A model generated the notes under the pieces. It ran no database searches. It was not told where the DNA came from and worked only from the letters and a program-made list of their open reading frames with translations. The position numbers and the translations under genes were made by a program. DNA of 64,000 nt from an uncultured Acidobacteriota bacterium (GTDB taxonomy: Bacteria; Acidobacteriota; Thermoanaerobaculia; UBA5066; Gp7-AA6): contig CAWEMP010000014.1 of assembly GCA_963810205.1 (NCBI GenBank), forward strand, positions 49,588 through 113,587. Reading direction: 5' to 3'. Shown one piece after another: positions 30,675 to 41,176 of the stretch (its first letter is position 1; every line of letters begins with the position of its first letter).

Positions 30675-32592
30675 TCAGTCGCAGACGAGCGACATCATGA
30701 ACGTGTCGTCGCTGCCCGTCGAGCCCGCAGCGTACGTGAGGCGAAGGTCGAAGAGATCGCCCGCGGTCATCGCCACCGCTCCGTTGCCCGTGCAGCCAGG
30801 CGTGACGCCGTTGATCGTGCACGAGAGAGCCTGGTTGGCCATGTTCGCGAGCGTGGTGCCCGTGCGGAGATTGAACGTGAGGTTGACGGCCGCGTCCAGG
30901 CCCGTGCTGCCGTGGACCGCGATCCGGCTCATCGTGCAGTTTTTCGGGACCACGCCGAGGAGGTCCCAGTCCTCGGTGTCGCTGTTGTCGAGGTGAATCG
31001 CGCTCAGGTACCGGGTGCTGGCTGCGTTGTTGAGGTTGATCACGTGCCGCGAGGCGAACACCCCTCCGGCGCCCGAAGGACCGGCCGGACCCTGAGCACC
31101 CGCCGGACCCTGCGCACCCGCCGGACCCGCCGGACCCTGCGCGCCCTGCGGACCCGAGGGACCCTGCGGGCCAATTCCGCCCGCCGGACCAGCGGCGCCA
31201 TCCGGACCCGCAGGACCCTGCGGACCGATGTCGCCCGTGTCGCCCTTGTCACCCTTCTGGGCGATCAGGCGCCACTGCGCGGGGCTCGAGTCCGGCTGGT
31301 TGCCCGTGTTGTCGTCGACGAGCGAGACCCAGCTCGAGCCGCCGAACTCCACCACATCGAGCGAGGAGTACGTCGTGAAGCCCTCCCACGCGCCGAGGTA
31401 GCTGAGCGTATTACCCTGCAGACCCTGCGGGCCCAGCGCGCCGTCCGGGCCCGCGGGACCCTGCGGACCGATCAGGCCCTGCGGGCCCTGCGGTCCGATC
31501 GCGCCCTGAGGCCCCTCGATGCCCTGCGCGCCCTGAGGACCCTCGATGCCCTGCGCCCATCGGCACCGGTGTCGCCCTTCACGCCCTTCTGGGCGAGAAG
31601 CGCCCACTCCGAGGGGCTCGAGTCCGGAGAGTTGCCCGTGTTCGAGTCGACGAGGGAGACGAAGCTCGACCCGTCGAACGAGACTGTGTCGAGCGCGGCG
31701 TACGTCGTGCCGACAACCCACGGTCCCTGGAAGCTCATCGAGGCGCCCTGGGGACCGAAGGGCCCCCTGAGGCACCCTGCGGGCCGATCGGCCCCTGCGG
31801 ACCCTGCGCGCCCGTGCCTCCCGGCGCACCCGCGGCGCCCTGGGCTCCGGCCGCGCCCTGCGGACCGGCGGGGCCCGCGGGGCCCTGCGGTCCCGGAGGT
31901 CCCGGCACCGAAGAGGCGGTCACCGTCAGCGTGTTGCCCGACGGCGTGATCGTGACGTTGGTGCCGGCCTCGAGCGTGATGTCGCCGTCCAGCCCGTTGA
32001 GCGAGGACACGAGCGTCCCGCCGTAGTAGCCGTTGATGTCGATGATCAGGTCGGTCTGGGCGTTGGAAACGTCGGCGGTGATTTCACCGGTGGCTCCCAG
32101 CGCGACGACCGCGTTGTTCGCGAGAATGTCGCCGGCGTAGTAGTTGAGCGTGGAGTTGCCGGGCCAGGCCTCGCCCTGCGGATAGGTCGCGAGGAAGCCC
32201 GTTCCCATCGTCCCCTGGACCGTGAAGTTGAACGAAACGGCCGCGGCGCCGACGGGAACGCCGCAGTTCCCGGCGACCGGAAAGTCGCGAGCGATTCCCG
32301 GCGACAGGGACGGCGGACCGAACGGCGGCAGGAACCCGTTGCCGCGGGTGTCCGCCAGACGGCAGGGAGTCAGCGCCACGAAGGGCAAGGGCGTGCTGTT
32401 GACGTTGCCCGCTTCCTGCGCCTTCGACGCGAACCGGCCGCCGCTCGCGGCGGGCCGGGCCCCGGGCTGCCAGTACGCCGGCGCGGACCAGTTTCGGAGG
32501 GCGTGGTCCGGCTGCGCGAGCAGCACGCCCGGCATGGCCATGCCGAGAATCAGAACCGGTTTCGCGAGGACTCTTCGAATGCCACCGTTCAT
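30675..32592 (-). CDS. Secreted collagen-like (G-X-Y) protein with two Trp-rich CBM-like inserts; apparent frameshifts near 31780 and 31560
   Basis: AAGGAG RBS and signal peptide; N-domain PCRLADTR...NFTV...STLN...DINGYY; GPQGPAG runs; two inserts (GPW...TY...D.V.F.GSS.VSL...NTGN.P..SP..W.L.AQKG); C-terminal beta domain. Spread over ORFs 31735..32592, 31472..31738 and 30675..31829. Confidence 0.82.
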
Positions 32593-32952
32593 CGAAACTC
32601 CTTCATGAAAGTTCCCGTTTGAGTTTTCGTCCGCCCGAGTTCACGTCGCCCGGCGACGAGCACACCTCTGCCCAACCCGATTCCGATTCGAGGGGACCGG
32701 GGATCCGGACTGCAACGTCCGGACCAAAGGATGAACGCGCGTTTTTGGGAGCAAAAACGACCTTGCGGGTCTCGCTCCGTCAAAAAACGGCCACGCGGAA
32801 AACCCGCGGGGCGCCACTTTTTGGAAGGTGAAGCAGGGCGCTCGGAGGGCCGCCGCTGTGCTCCCGGTCACGACGCCGGGCGCGGCCGCCGGGCTCGTCC
32901 CGCGGGATATCTCGAGGACCCCGCGGGACGGCCAGGCCCGGCGATAACGGAA

Positions 32953-34200
32953 CTAGAGAATCGCGAACACCACTCGCGCGAACTGGATGCTCGGGTCGTT
33001 GGTCACGTTGTCGATCGTCGCGCCGTAGACGATCGCGCTCCCGCTCGAAACGCTGACCTCGATCGATGCGTTGGGTCCGAGGGGCGCGCCGAGGAGCGTC
33101 GCCGCCGGCTGCTGCTCGTAGAAGGTCGGGTCGTACTCCCGGGTGACGATGTTGAGCACGGCGCCGCTCGCGTCGCGGACCCGGAAGGTCACGAAGGCAC
33201 CCGAGAGCAGCGTCCGCACGCCGATGTTGAATCGCAGGGACGTGTTGTTCGGCGGCGCGACGAGCAGCGACGTGGACCCGGCGAAGAGGACCCGGCTGTC
33301 CTGGGAGCCGCTCGGGTCGATCGCCTCCTCCGTGAAGCCCGAAGTCCCCGCGCCGCCGCCGTCGTTGTAGACGCGGGCCACGATGACCGGAAGGTTGGAG
33401 TCGGACGGCACCACGACGTCGAGTGTCCCGAGGCCGCCCTGGCCCATCGTCTGGACCAGGTCGTCGTAGGAGACGGTCGAGCCCGGTGCGACGGTGAAGG
33501 TGAGGCTCGGGTCCGCCGAGGAGCCGGGCACGCCCGCGGGGTGGTAGACGAAACGGCCGGTGACCGTCTCCGTCCACGGATTGGAGAGCTGCACCCCCGT
33601 CCGGAAGAACGAGCCGAAGTTGCCCGGAGTCGAGCCGGCGGCGGGGATCACGCGCGCGATCGATTCCGTCGCGGTACCGGTGGCGCTCACGGCGAGGATC
33701 CCCGGGCCGTCGGAGACGCCGGGGCCCGACATCGCCACCGTGGTGTTCACGTCGCCGGTGTAGCTCAGGTAGCCCTCGGACACGATCCCGGTGAGCGTGC
33801 CGGCGTTCCCGCAGTTGGCGACGCGGGCGATGCCGAGCAGGTCACCCTGCTCGACGTCGATCGCGGGCGACAGGGTGACGGTCTCCGGGCTGGCCGTCAC
33901 GTTGAAGGGACCCCGCTCCGCCACGAACGCGAGCGAGCTGCCGTGGCGCCGGAAAACCTTGATCTTCACGGCGGAGACGCAAGGCGTGGCCGACCACGCG
34001 AAAGTCGCGGAGTTGATCGTCCCGGTCGCCGTCGCCGGCCGGACGAGGTCGACGTCGGTGCGGATGTCGCTCGGGGAAAGATCGTCCGCATTCGGACTGG
34101 CCACGGAATTGCCCATGTCGAGCACCTGGGCAGCGGCGGTAGCGGAGAGGGCCGAGAAACCGGCGAACGCGAGAAGCCAGAGATTCCGGTACGAACGCAT
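32953..34200 (-). CDS. Hypothetical secreted beta-rich protein
   Basis: GGAGGTGG RBS, ATG 34200, signal peptide; IPAAGSTPGNFGSFFRT, ARVYND, RFNIG, YGATIDNVTNDP. Confidence 0.8.
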   Translation of the reverse strand: MRSYRNLWLLAFAGFSALSATAAAQVLDMGNSVASPNADDLSPSDIRTDVDLVRPATATGTINSATFAWSATPCVSAVKIKVFRRHGSSLAFVAERGPFNVTASPETVTLSPAIDVEQGDLLGIARVANCGNAGTLTGIVSEGYLSYTGDVNTTVAMSGPGVSDGPGILAVSATGTATESIARVIPAAGSTPGNFGSFFRTGVQLSNPWTETVTGRFVYHPAGVPGSSADPSLTFTVAPGSTVSYDDLVQTMGQGGLGTLDVVVPSDSNLPVIVARVYNDGGGAGTSGFTEEAIDPSGSQDSRVLFAGSTSLLVAPPNNTSLRFNIGVRTLLSGAFVTFRVRDASGAVLNIVTREYDPTFYEQQPAATLLGAPLGPNASIEVSVSSGSAIVYGATIDNVTNDPSIQFARVVFAIL

Positions 34201-34281
34201 TTCCACCTCCAGAAAAGTTGTGCCTCCCATGGGCACTCTCATTCTGCCAGCAAAAGACAGGCCGGCGATGCCCGGGTCGCG

Positions 34282-36531
34282 CTACCGCAACCCTCCCGGC
34301 CACCAGTTCCAGCGTCCCGCCAGGCGCAGCAAAGCCGGACCGATCACCATGCGCACGGCGACTGCGTCGACGAGGACGGCGACGGAGAGGGCGAAGCCGA
34401 GCATCTTGATCGGCAGGAAATCGCCCAGGGTGAACCCGGCGAAGACGACGATCATGATGGCGGCGGCATTGGTGATCACGGTCGCGCTGCGGGCGAGGCC
34501 CTCGGCGATGGCGGGAGACTCCTCGAAGCCCGACCGCCGCGCTTCGGCGATGCGAGCGACGAGAATGACCTCGTAGTCCATCGACAGGCCGAAGACGATG
34601 CAGAAGACGATGACCGGGATGATCGGGAAGACGCTGCCCGTGGGTTCGGCCAGGCCGAAGAGGCTCGATCCGAAGCCGTCCTGGAAGACGAGGACGAGGG
34701 CTCCGAAGGCCGCCCCGACGGAGAGCAGGTTCAGCAGCACCGCCTTGATCGCGATCATCAGCGAACGGAAGCCCGCGAAGAGGGCGACGAACGTACAGCC
34801 GATGACGAGCCCGACCACCATGCGGAAGTGTTCGGCGACGGTGTCCTCGTAGTCGGCGTCGAAGGCCGGCTGCCCCCCGACGCGCATCACGGCGTCCGGA
34901 AGGCCGGTCACCTGCGACCCGTTCCAGGTGCGCAGATCCCGGGCGAACGCGACCTGGTCGGCCGGCGTGAGGCTCGTGGCCGGAATGACCTCGAAGAGCG
35001 CGGCGGTTCCGTCCTCCGCGCCGAGCGACCGCCGGATGCCCGGCGAGAGCATAGCCAGGTACGTCGGGTCGCGCCCCTTGAGGACCCCGGGCAGGCTCTC
35101 CACGCGCTCGGCCTCGCTCTCCGCGGAGAGCTTCTCGTGGAGCTTCGTCGCCGCCGCCCACCCCGCCTCGCTCTCGAGCGTCACGCCCGGGGGGAAATCG
35201 AGGATCACCCGGATCGCATGGACGATGTTGGCCCGGCCCATCACGCCCAGGCGGTGATAGGCCTCGACCGCCTCCGTCCCGCGGGGAAGCCAGTCGCCGC
35301 GCGGCATGGTCGTGTCGATCCGCCGGCCCTGGGACGCGAGGACGAGCAGCGGAGCGGTCGTGACGCAGAGCGCGAGCAGGGGCCGCGACGTCACGCGCCG
35401 GCCCCACCGGCGCCAGCCTTCGGAGCCCTCGGCGGCCGCGCCCGGGCGCTCCGGCCGGACGCGGAACCGGTCGATGTGCCGGCCGAGAAGCGAGAGCACC
35501 GCGGGCAGGAGCGTCACGGAGAGGGCCCAGGCGAAGAGCGTCACGAGGAGACCCGCGATGCCGATCGAGCGCTGCTCCGACAGCGGGATCATCAGCAGCG
35601 CGGCGAAGCTGATCGAGACGGGAAACGCGGAGAGAAAAATCGTCCAGCCCGCCTTGCGCGCCGCCTCCTCGGCCGCGGCGCTCGTGTCCAGACCGGTGGC
35701 GAGCGCCTCCCGGAACCGGCTGACCATCAGCAGCGCGTAGTCGATCCCGAGCCCGAGGCCGATCATGGACGCCAGCGTCTGGATGAGGATCGAGATCGTG
35801 AAGAAGTGCGCGAGCCATGCCGCGACGCCGAGCGACAGCGCGATCGAGAGGATGCCGATCGAAAGCGGAAGGATCGAGGCCACGACCGTCCCGAAGGCGA
35901 AGAGCAGCAGGAGAAGGGTCAGCGGCAGGACACGCGCCTCGGCGCGGCGCGCGTCGGCGGCGCTCGCGCGGCGGAGGTCGACGTTGAGCGGGGCCTCGCC
36001 GGTCCACCCGAGCCACGCCGCGGGGTAGGTCCGGCGGAGCTGGACGAGAAGCTCGGACGTCTTCTCGCGCAGACGCGGAAGCAGCGACTCGACCGGAGCC
36101 GCCCCCGCCTCGAGACCGACGACCACGAGGAACCCTCCGTTCTTGCCGATGAAGATGGGGTTGTTGGTGTCGAGGGCGGAGAGCGTCCCGGCGACACCGG
36201 GAAGATTGCGGATCGACCCGACGATCTGCTCCAGCACGCGGCGGCCCCCGGGTGCGTGGAGCCCCGGCAGACCCTCGGCGACGAGCAGCACGCGGTCGGT
36301 GAACGGAGACCGAAACCGATCCTCCAGCTCGTCGCGGACCGCCTGCGCCTGCCGCGACGGCATGCGCGCCGCCACTTCGAGTCGGTCTTCGACCCGGCGA
36401 GCGGCCGGCACGAGGAAGGCGGCGACGAGGGCCCAGGCGGCGACGATCGGCCACCGGTGGCGCACGATGGCGGCGGGCAGGCGGTGAAGCGCCGCCCGCC
36501 AGGCGGAGATCGGCGCGGGCCCGGTCGTCAC
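34282..36531 (-). CDS. MMPL/RND family transporter
   Basis: GLGLGIDYALL..SRFRE, FGLSMDYEV, VITNAAAIM, WNWWP. Confidence 0.92.
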   Translation of the reverse strand: MTTGPAPISAWRAALHRLPAAIVRHRWPIVAAWALVAAFLVPAARRVEDRLEVAARMPSRQAQAVRDELEDRFRSPFTDRVLLVAEGLPGLHAPGGRRVLEQIVGSIRNLPGVAGTLSALDTNNPIFIGKNGGFLVVVGLEAGAAPVESLLPRLREKTSELLVQLRRTYPAAWLGWTGEAPLNVDLRRASAADARRAEARVLPLTLLLLLFAFGTVVASILPLSIGILSIALSLGVAAWLAHFFTISILIQTLASMIGLGLGIDYALLMVSRFREALATGLDTSAAAEEAARKAGWTIFLSAFPVSISFAALLMIPLSEQRSIGIAGLLVTLFAWALSVTLLPAVLSLLGRHIDRFRVRPERPGAAAEGSEGWRRWGRRVTSRPLLALCVTTAPLLVLASQGRRIDTTMPRGDWLPRGTEAVEAYHRLGVMGRANIVHAIRVILDFPPGVTLESEAGWAAATKLHEKLSAESEAERVESLPGVLKGRDPTYLAMLSPGIRRSLGAEDGTAALFEVIPATSLTPADQVAFARDLRTWNGSQVTGLPDAVMRVGGQPAFDADYEDTVAEHFRMVVGLVIGCTFVALFAGFRSLMIAIKAVLLNLLSVGAAFGALVLVFQDGFGSSLFGLAEPTGSVFPIIPVIVFCIVFGLSMDYEVILVARIAEARRSGFEESPAIAEGLARSATVITNAAAIMIVVFAGFTLGDFLPIKMLGFALSVAVLVDAVAVRMVIGPALLRLAGRWNWWPGGLR

Positions 36532-36678
36532 GCGGGAGTGAAGAGCGCCCCGAGATTCGGTTGCGCCCGGTTCCGATGGTGCGGCGGGGACATTGCGGCG
36601 ATCATGACACGACTGCCCTTCCCTCCGAACCTCCCGTCGGGGCCGCCCGTCCCGCCGCCCGCTGATACATTGCCGGCC

Positions 36679-37851
36679 ATGCCCTCGCGCCGAGCGACGT
36701 CGCTCGCCGTCGCTCTCCTCGTGTTCGGATTCGGCGAGGAGCTCTGGTTCCGATACCTGCCCGAGTATCTCCGAGTCCTCGGCGTCTCTGCACTCGGGCT
36801 GGGACTCTTCGGAACGCTCAAGGACTTCCTCGACGCCGCCTATGCCTTTCCGGGCGGCGCGATCTCCGACCGCATCGGCACGCGCCGGGCCCTGCTCCTC
36901 TTCGGAGGGCTCACCACCGCCGGCTTCGTCCTTCTCTGGGCCTGGCCCGCTCCGGCGGGAGTCTTCGCAGGCCTCGTCCTGGTGATGGCGTGGGCGTCCC
37001 TCGGGCTGCCGGCGACGTTTTCGCTCGTCGGAGAAGAGCTGGAAGGCCGCGGACGGGTCGTGGGCTTCACGGTTCAGTCGATCCTGAAACGCGTTCCCAT
37101 CGTTCTCGCGCCGCCGGTCGGAGGACTCCTCCTCGAGCGTTTCGGCGTGGTCTCCGGAGTGCGCGTCGGCATCGCGGTTTCGATCGTCCTGTCGCTCGCG
37201 ATGCTGGCGTTTCTCTCGCGGGCCCTCCGGGCCGCGCCGGCCGGGCCGACCGTACCGCCGGCCGTCCGGGAAAGGTCCCGGCGGTTACCGGCGGCGCTGC
37301 GGCAGCTCCTCATCGCGGACTGTCTGGTCCGACTCTGCGAGGGACTCCCCGAGGTCTTTCTGGTCGTGTGGGCGATCGAGATCGTGCGCGTCTCGCCGGC
37401 GCAGTTCGGCTTGCTGACCTCCATCCTGATGGCGACCGCGATCGCCTCCTACGTGCCGGCCGCGGCGCTTGCGGGCCGGGCCGAGCGGAAACCCTTCGTG
37501 GTCCTGACGTACGTGTTCTTCACTCTCTTTCCACTCGCGGTCCTGGCATCCGGATCGTTTGCCGCGCTCGCGGCGGCCTTCGCGGTCGGCGGGCTGCGCG
37601 AGATCGGCGAGCCCGCGCGCAAGGCCTTGATCGTGGATCTCGCGCCGCCCGCCGCGCGGGGACGGACCGTCGGAACGTACTACGCGGTCCGGGGCTTTGC
37701 CGTGGCGGGCGCCTCGGCCGTGGGCGGGTTGCTGTGGACGGTCCGCCCGGCATGGACGTTTCTGGCCGCCGGCCTTCTCGGGGCCGCGGGGACCCTCTGG
37801 GCGGTCGTCTTTCTGCCGGCCGCGGCGCCGGCTCGGGAGGAACCGGCATGA
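36679..37851 (+). CDS. MFS transporter
   Basis: ATG 36679; GGAISDRIGTRR (MFS motif A), about 12 TM helices, EPARKALI.D. Confidence 0.88.
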   Translation: MPSRRATSLAVALLVFGFGEELWFRYLPEYLRVLGVSALGLGLFGTLKDFLDAAYAFPGGAISDRIGTRRALLLFGGLTTAGFVLLWAWPAPAGVFAGLVLVMAWASLGLPATFSLVGEELEGRGRVVGFTVQSILKRVPIVLAPPVGGLLLERFGVVSGVRVGIAVSIVLSLAMLAFLSRALRAAPAGPTVPPAVRERSRRLPAALRQLLIADCLVRLCEGLPEVFLVVWAIEIVRVSPAQFGLLTSILMATAIASYVPAAALAGRAERKPFVVLTYVFFTLFPLAVLASGSFAALAAAFAVGGLREIGEPARKALIVDLAPPAARGRTVGTYYAVRGFAVAGASAVGGLLWTVRPAWTFLAAGLLGAAGTLWAVVFLPAAAPAREEPA

Positions 37852-38279
37852 AATGGGTGACGCGGCGGAGCATCCACGTCAACCGCACCGCCACGGGCTG
37901 GCTGATTCGGAGATTCCTGGATCCCTCGGCCGAGATCGTCTTCGTCGAGCCGGACGCGGTCGCCGGAATCCAGGAGCGCGAGGGGGCGATCGGATTCGAT
38001 GCGCCGGGCGCCCGCCATCCGCACAAGGATCAAGCGGGGCGCTGCTCGTTCGAGCAGCTCGTCGCCGAGAGGCTGCCGAACGATCGCGCGCTCGCGCGTC
38101 TCGCCCGCATCGTCCACGGCGCCGACTTTCCCGAGGAGATCGACGCGACGGCCGAGTCCGCCGGCCTCTGGGCGATCAGCCAGGGGTTCACGGACGTCGG
38201 TGCCGACGACCACGAGATCCTCGAGCGCGCGTCGTTCCTGTACGACTCGCTCTACGCGCACCTGCGGCGATTGCCCTAG
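37848..38279 (+). CDS. Chromate resistance ChrB C-terminal-like domain protein
   Basis: MKWVTR...VNR.A..WLIRRFLDP.AE, GFDAPG, CSFE, IVHGAD, LYDSLY; ATGA overlap with the MFS gene. Confidence 0.85.
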   Translation: MKWVTRRSIHVNRTATGWLIRRFLDPSAEIVFVEPDAVAGIQEREGAIGFDAPGARHPHKDQAGRCSFEQLVAERLPNDRALARLARIVHGADFPEEIDATAESAGLWAISQGFTDVGADDHEILERASFLYDSLYAHLRRLP

Positions 38280-38315
38280 AGCGGCGCGACCGTCCGCCGC
38301 GACGATCCGGAAGAC

Positions 38316-38666
38316 CTATGGCCGGCGTCCCCCGGAAGGCGACGGCGAGGAGGGGCGTGCGGGGATCGGGCTCATTCTCGCGCCGGTCTGCGCGGCCGGC
38401 ATCACGCTCGAACCACGTGTGACGACCTGCGTCGAACCATTGCGCCCGGCCGCCGTCACGACGCGGCCGCGCGCGACGCCCGCCGGCCCCGCCGGTGTGC
38501 GCAGATAGAGGCGCCGCAGCCCGGCCGTGTCGTAACCGACGCAGTAGTCGGAGTAGCAATCGAGGAAGTCCGCGCCGCCGCCGCCTCCCCCGCCGGAGGA
38601 GAGCGCGGCGCAGCCGCCGGACGCGAAGAGAAGGACGAGCGGCGCGAAGCGAAGAGAACGCCTCAC
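38316..38666 (-). CDS. Hypothetical small lipoprotein
   Basis: Signal peptide with a lipobox-like SGGC, a Gly linker and CYSDYC; low-complexity tail. Confidence 0.5.
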   Translation of the reverse strand: MRRSLRFAPLVLLFASGGCAALSSGGGGGGGADFLDCYSDYCVGYDTAGLRRLYLRTPAGPAGVARGRVVTAAGRNGSTQVVTRGSSVMPAAQTGARMSPIPARPSSPSPSGGRRP

Positions 38667-38675
38667 GACCGGCCC

Positions 38676-39167
38676 CTACCTGCCGAGCCCTTCCGGCACC
38701 GACGGGACCATCCCTCGAAGGGCCGCGATGTACCAGCGGTCTCCCTTCTTGGCGGCCACGATCGTCGAGAGACCGCTCCGCGCCGACAGCACCTTGCCGC
38801 CGGCATCCTTCATCCCGGTCACGTCGAAGGCGCCGTCGACGATCGCGACGTCCTTGCGCAGGAAGTGGACGGTGGTGACGGTCGGCGCGATCTTCGTCCC
38901 CTTGTAGACACCCGCCCACTGCTGGGCGAACGCCTTCTCGACTTCCGCGCGGCCCCGCGCCGTGCGGCCGGTCGAGCTGACGTAGTCGCCGTCGGTCAGG
39001 AAGAGGTCGCCCATCATCTTCGGGTCCGCCTTGTTCCAGGCGTCCTGAAGCTGGGCGCTGATCGACCGGATGTCCTTCTCGTCCTGGGCGGTGGCCTCTT
39101 GGGCCGAGGCTCTTACGGCGGACACGGAGAGAACGAGCACCAGAGCGATTCTCGGGAAGGTCCTCAT
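38676..39167 (-). CDS. NTF2/SnoaL-like (SgcJ/EcaC, DUF4440) secreted protein
   Basis: AGGAGGTG RBS, signal peptide; AWNKAD....LF..DGDY...G....GR.EV, DVAIVDG, KKGDRWYI. Confidence 0.85.
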   Translation of the reverse strand: MRTFPRIALVLVLSVSAVRASAQEATAQDEKDIRSISAQLQDAWNKADPKMMGDLFLTDGDYVSSTGRTARGRAEVEKAFAQQWAGVYKGTKIAPTVTTVHFLRKDVAIVDGAFDVTGMKDAGGKVLSARSGLSTIVAAKKGDRWYIAALRGMVPSVPEGLGR

Positions 39168-39278
39168 GCCTCACCTCCTTGAGAAGAGGGCCGGGTCGCT
39201 TCGCCTTACGCTCTCGTTCTACGCCCCCATCGTCGGCCCGTCAACCGCGGCCCGGCTTTTGGCCGATAATCTCGCTGA

Positions 39279-39338
<60 letters not shown>

Positions 39339-39356
<18 letters not shown>

Positions 39357-39539
39357 CCTGTCGGCGGTTCGACCCGTCCACCGAAGGCAGACCCCCGGCG
39401 TTAGGGAACGCCGTGCGAAGCACGGCGGTCATCCGCCCGGGCAGGCCAATTCGCAGGTTCGAGCCGCCCACCGGCGGAAGACTTCGAAGCTCCAGGCAAC
39501 GCTGCGCGCAGCGCAGCGTTCATCCTGCCGGGCAGACCA
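39339..39539 (+). repeat. tRNA-linked tandem repeats (~91-92 bp period) carrying copies of the tRNA 3' end
   Basis: ATCCTGCCGGGCAGACCA at 39339 and 39522 (identical) and ATCCGCCCGGGCAGGCCA at 39431. Both spacers contain GGTTCGA and an AACGC... hairpin. Confidence 0.85.
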
Positions 39540-39560
39540 GTCCTTCGCCGCGGCCAACCC

Positions 39561-41075
39561 CTACCCGCCCGCCCGCACCCACCCGTACTGCGTGTTGCTC
39601 GGCGCCGCGAGACCGGACTCGGCGTAGGTCTTCTTGAGGCGATCGACATAGTCGGCCGGGATCGGGCCGACCCGCGTCGCCGGGTCGATGCCGTAGACGC
39701 GCGCGGCGTTGACGCCCAGGATCCGGCGTTTCACGTCCGGCGTCAGGGGCGCGTAGCCGAATCGCTTCGCCAGCGACTCGGGCATCTCGAGGCGCTTGAA
39801 GGCCTCGATCTGCCACTGCGGCGAGCCCCACCAGATCGAGTCGGTGCCCCAGAGAACGTGGTCCGCGCCGAAGGCCGCGATGATCATCCCGAGCATGTGC
39901 GCGGTCAGGAGAGGCATCGTGATCGCAGTCATCCCGAAGGTCGCACCGAGCTCCATGTAGACGTTGCGGACCTGCGGGTGTTTCTTCCTCCACTCGCAGA
40001 GCTCGGACACCCAGGGCACGGCGGAGGACGTGGTAAATCCGGACTCGACCGCCTTCACGAGGGCCTCGTCGATCCCGCGGAACCCGGCGTGGTAGACGAG
40101 GAAGTTGAGGTCCGGGAAATCGAGCGCCGCCTTCATGATGTCCCTGGGATGGCAGTGCTCGGCGGAGAACCCGGGCGCGGGCAGGCCCTTGTGCGCGCAG
40201 ATGTTCTTGATTCCGAGCTTGCGCGAGAGCTCGAGCGCCGGGTAGCCGACCTTCGCGTCGTCCATCCACCACCCCGCGCCCTTCGGGCCGAGGGGCTGGC
40301 CCGGGTATCCCTTCCAGGCCTCGATCTTCAGCGTCTCCGCCTGCGCGCGCATCGCCTCGAACCCGAGCGCGCCGAGCTCCGGCGACATCGTGCCGTGGGC
40401 GACGATGCGGCGCGAGCCCGAGAGCGCGTTGACGGTCTCGCGCGTCTTGACGATCTCCTCGGGGCGGATGATGTAGGTCTCCCGGGTCATCTGCGGCAGG
40501 CCGCTGACGACCGCGACCGCGGTTTCGCTGTCGAGGAAGACCTCCTTGATGAAGTTCAGGCGGTAGAGCTCCTCGATCGACGCCTTGTGGCCGGCGAGCT
40601 TCGGGTTGAGCTTCTCGCCATACTCGCGGACGGCCACCAGGTAGTCGAGGAACTCCTGGTCCGGCGTCGGCGCGCTGCGCCGCGGATCCACGTGGTGGGT
40701 CTGGACGTCGAAGACGAAATACGACGTCTTGTCGCCGGCGAGCGGCTCGGTCAGCTCGGCGGCCTCGACGCGATAGAAGCGCCCGAAGACGGTGTTCATC
40801 GCCGCGAAAGCCGCGGCCATTCCACAGGAGGTCCGGAGAAACTCGCGGCGCCCCAGCCCGAGCCGCCGGCCGCACGCGTCGGCGGTCTCGAGGAGGAGCC
40901 GCTCCACGCGCTTCTGGTCCGGCGTCTGCGCCGGCGGGTCGAACTCTTCGTTGGAGACGATCCGGGTCGGGACCGGCAGGTGCTTTCCGAGGAAGTCGTC
41001 CTCGTCGCACTTTCGCACCCAGCCGCCATGGCGGACGGGCGGCGGAGCGGGGAGCGTGGTCTTGCGGTTCGCCAT
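39561..41075 (-). CDS. Amidohydrolase family (amidohydro_2-like) protein
   Basis: FDVQTHH, WKGYP, ICAHKG, VYHAG, NVY.ELG, WGTDSIW, ILG.NAAR; internal RREFL motif. Confidence 0.88.
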   Translation of the reverse strand: MANRKTTLPAPPPVRHGGWVRKCDEDDFLGKHLPVPTRIVSNEEFDPPAQTPDQKRVERLLLETADACGRRLGLGRREFLRTSCGMAAAFAAMNTVFGRFYRVEAAELTEPLAGDKTSYFVFDVQTHHVDPRRSAPTPDQEFLDYLVAVREYGEKLNPKLAGHKASIEELYRLNFIKEVFLDSETAVAVVSGLPQMTRETYIIRPEEIVKTRETVNALSGSRRIVAHGTMSPELGALGFEAMRAQAETLKIEAWKGYPGQPLGPKGAGWWMDDAKVGYPALELSRKLGIKNICAHKGLPAPGFSAEHCHPRDIMKAALDFPDLNFLVYHAGFRGIDEALVKAVESGFTTSSAVPWVSELCEWRKKHPQVRNVYMELGATFGMTAITMPLLTAHMLGMIIAAFGADHVLWGTDSIWWGSPQWQIEAFKRLEMPESLAKRFGYAPLTPDVKRRILGVNAARVYGIDPATRVGPIPADYVDRLKKTYAESGLAAPSNTQYGWVRAGG

Positions 41076-41120
41076 CGAGAGCCTCGTCGGGTCCTACGGC
41101 GAAACGCTCCGAAAAGTTGG

Positions 41121-41176
41121 GGGTCAGGTCTCGAAATTTCGGCCCAAGAGAAAACCGAAGAATCGAGACCTGACCC
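41121..41176. repeat. GGGTCAGG...CCTGACCC palindromic element, copy 2
   Basis: 14-bp inverted repeat GGGTCAGGTCTCGA / TCGAGACCTGACCC with an inner TTCGG/CCGAA stem; it abuts the stop codon at 41176-41178. Confidence 0.8.

Noticed and set aside
32731-37851. Very long alternative ORFs (1706 aa here; also 47571..52358, 58038..62969 and 41219..44389)
   Set aside because: These are stop-poor shadow frames typical of high-GC DNA, Arg/Gly/Pro-rich and overlapping well-supported genes. Only the segments annotated above appear real.
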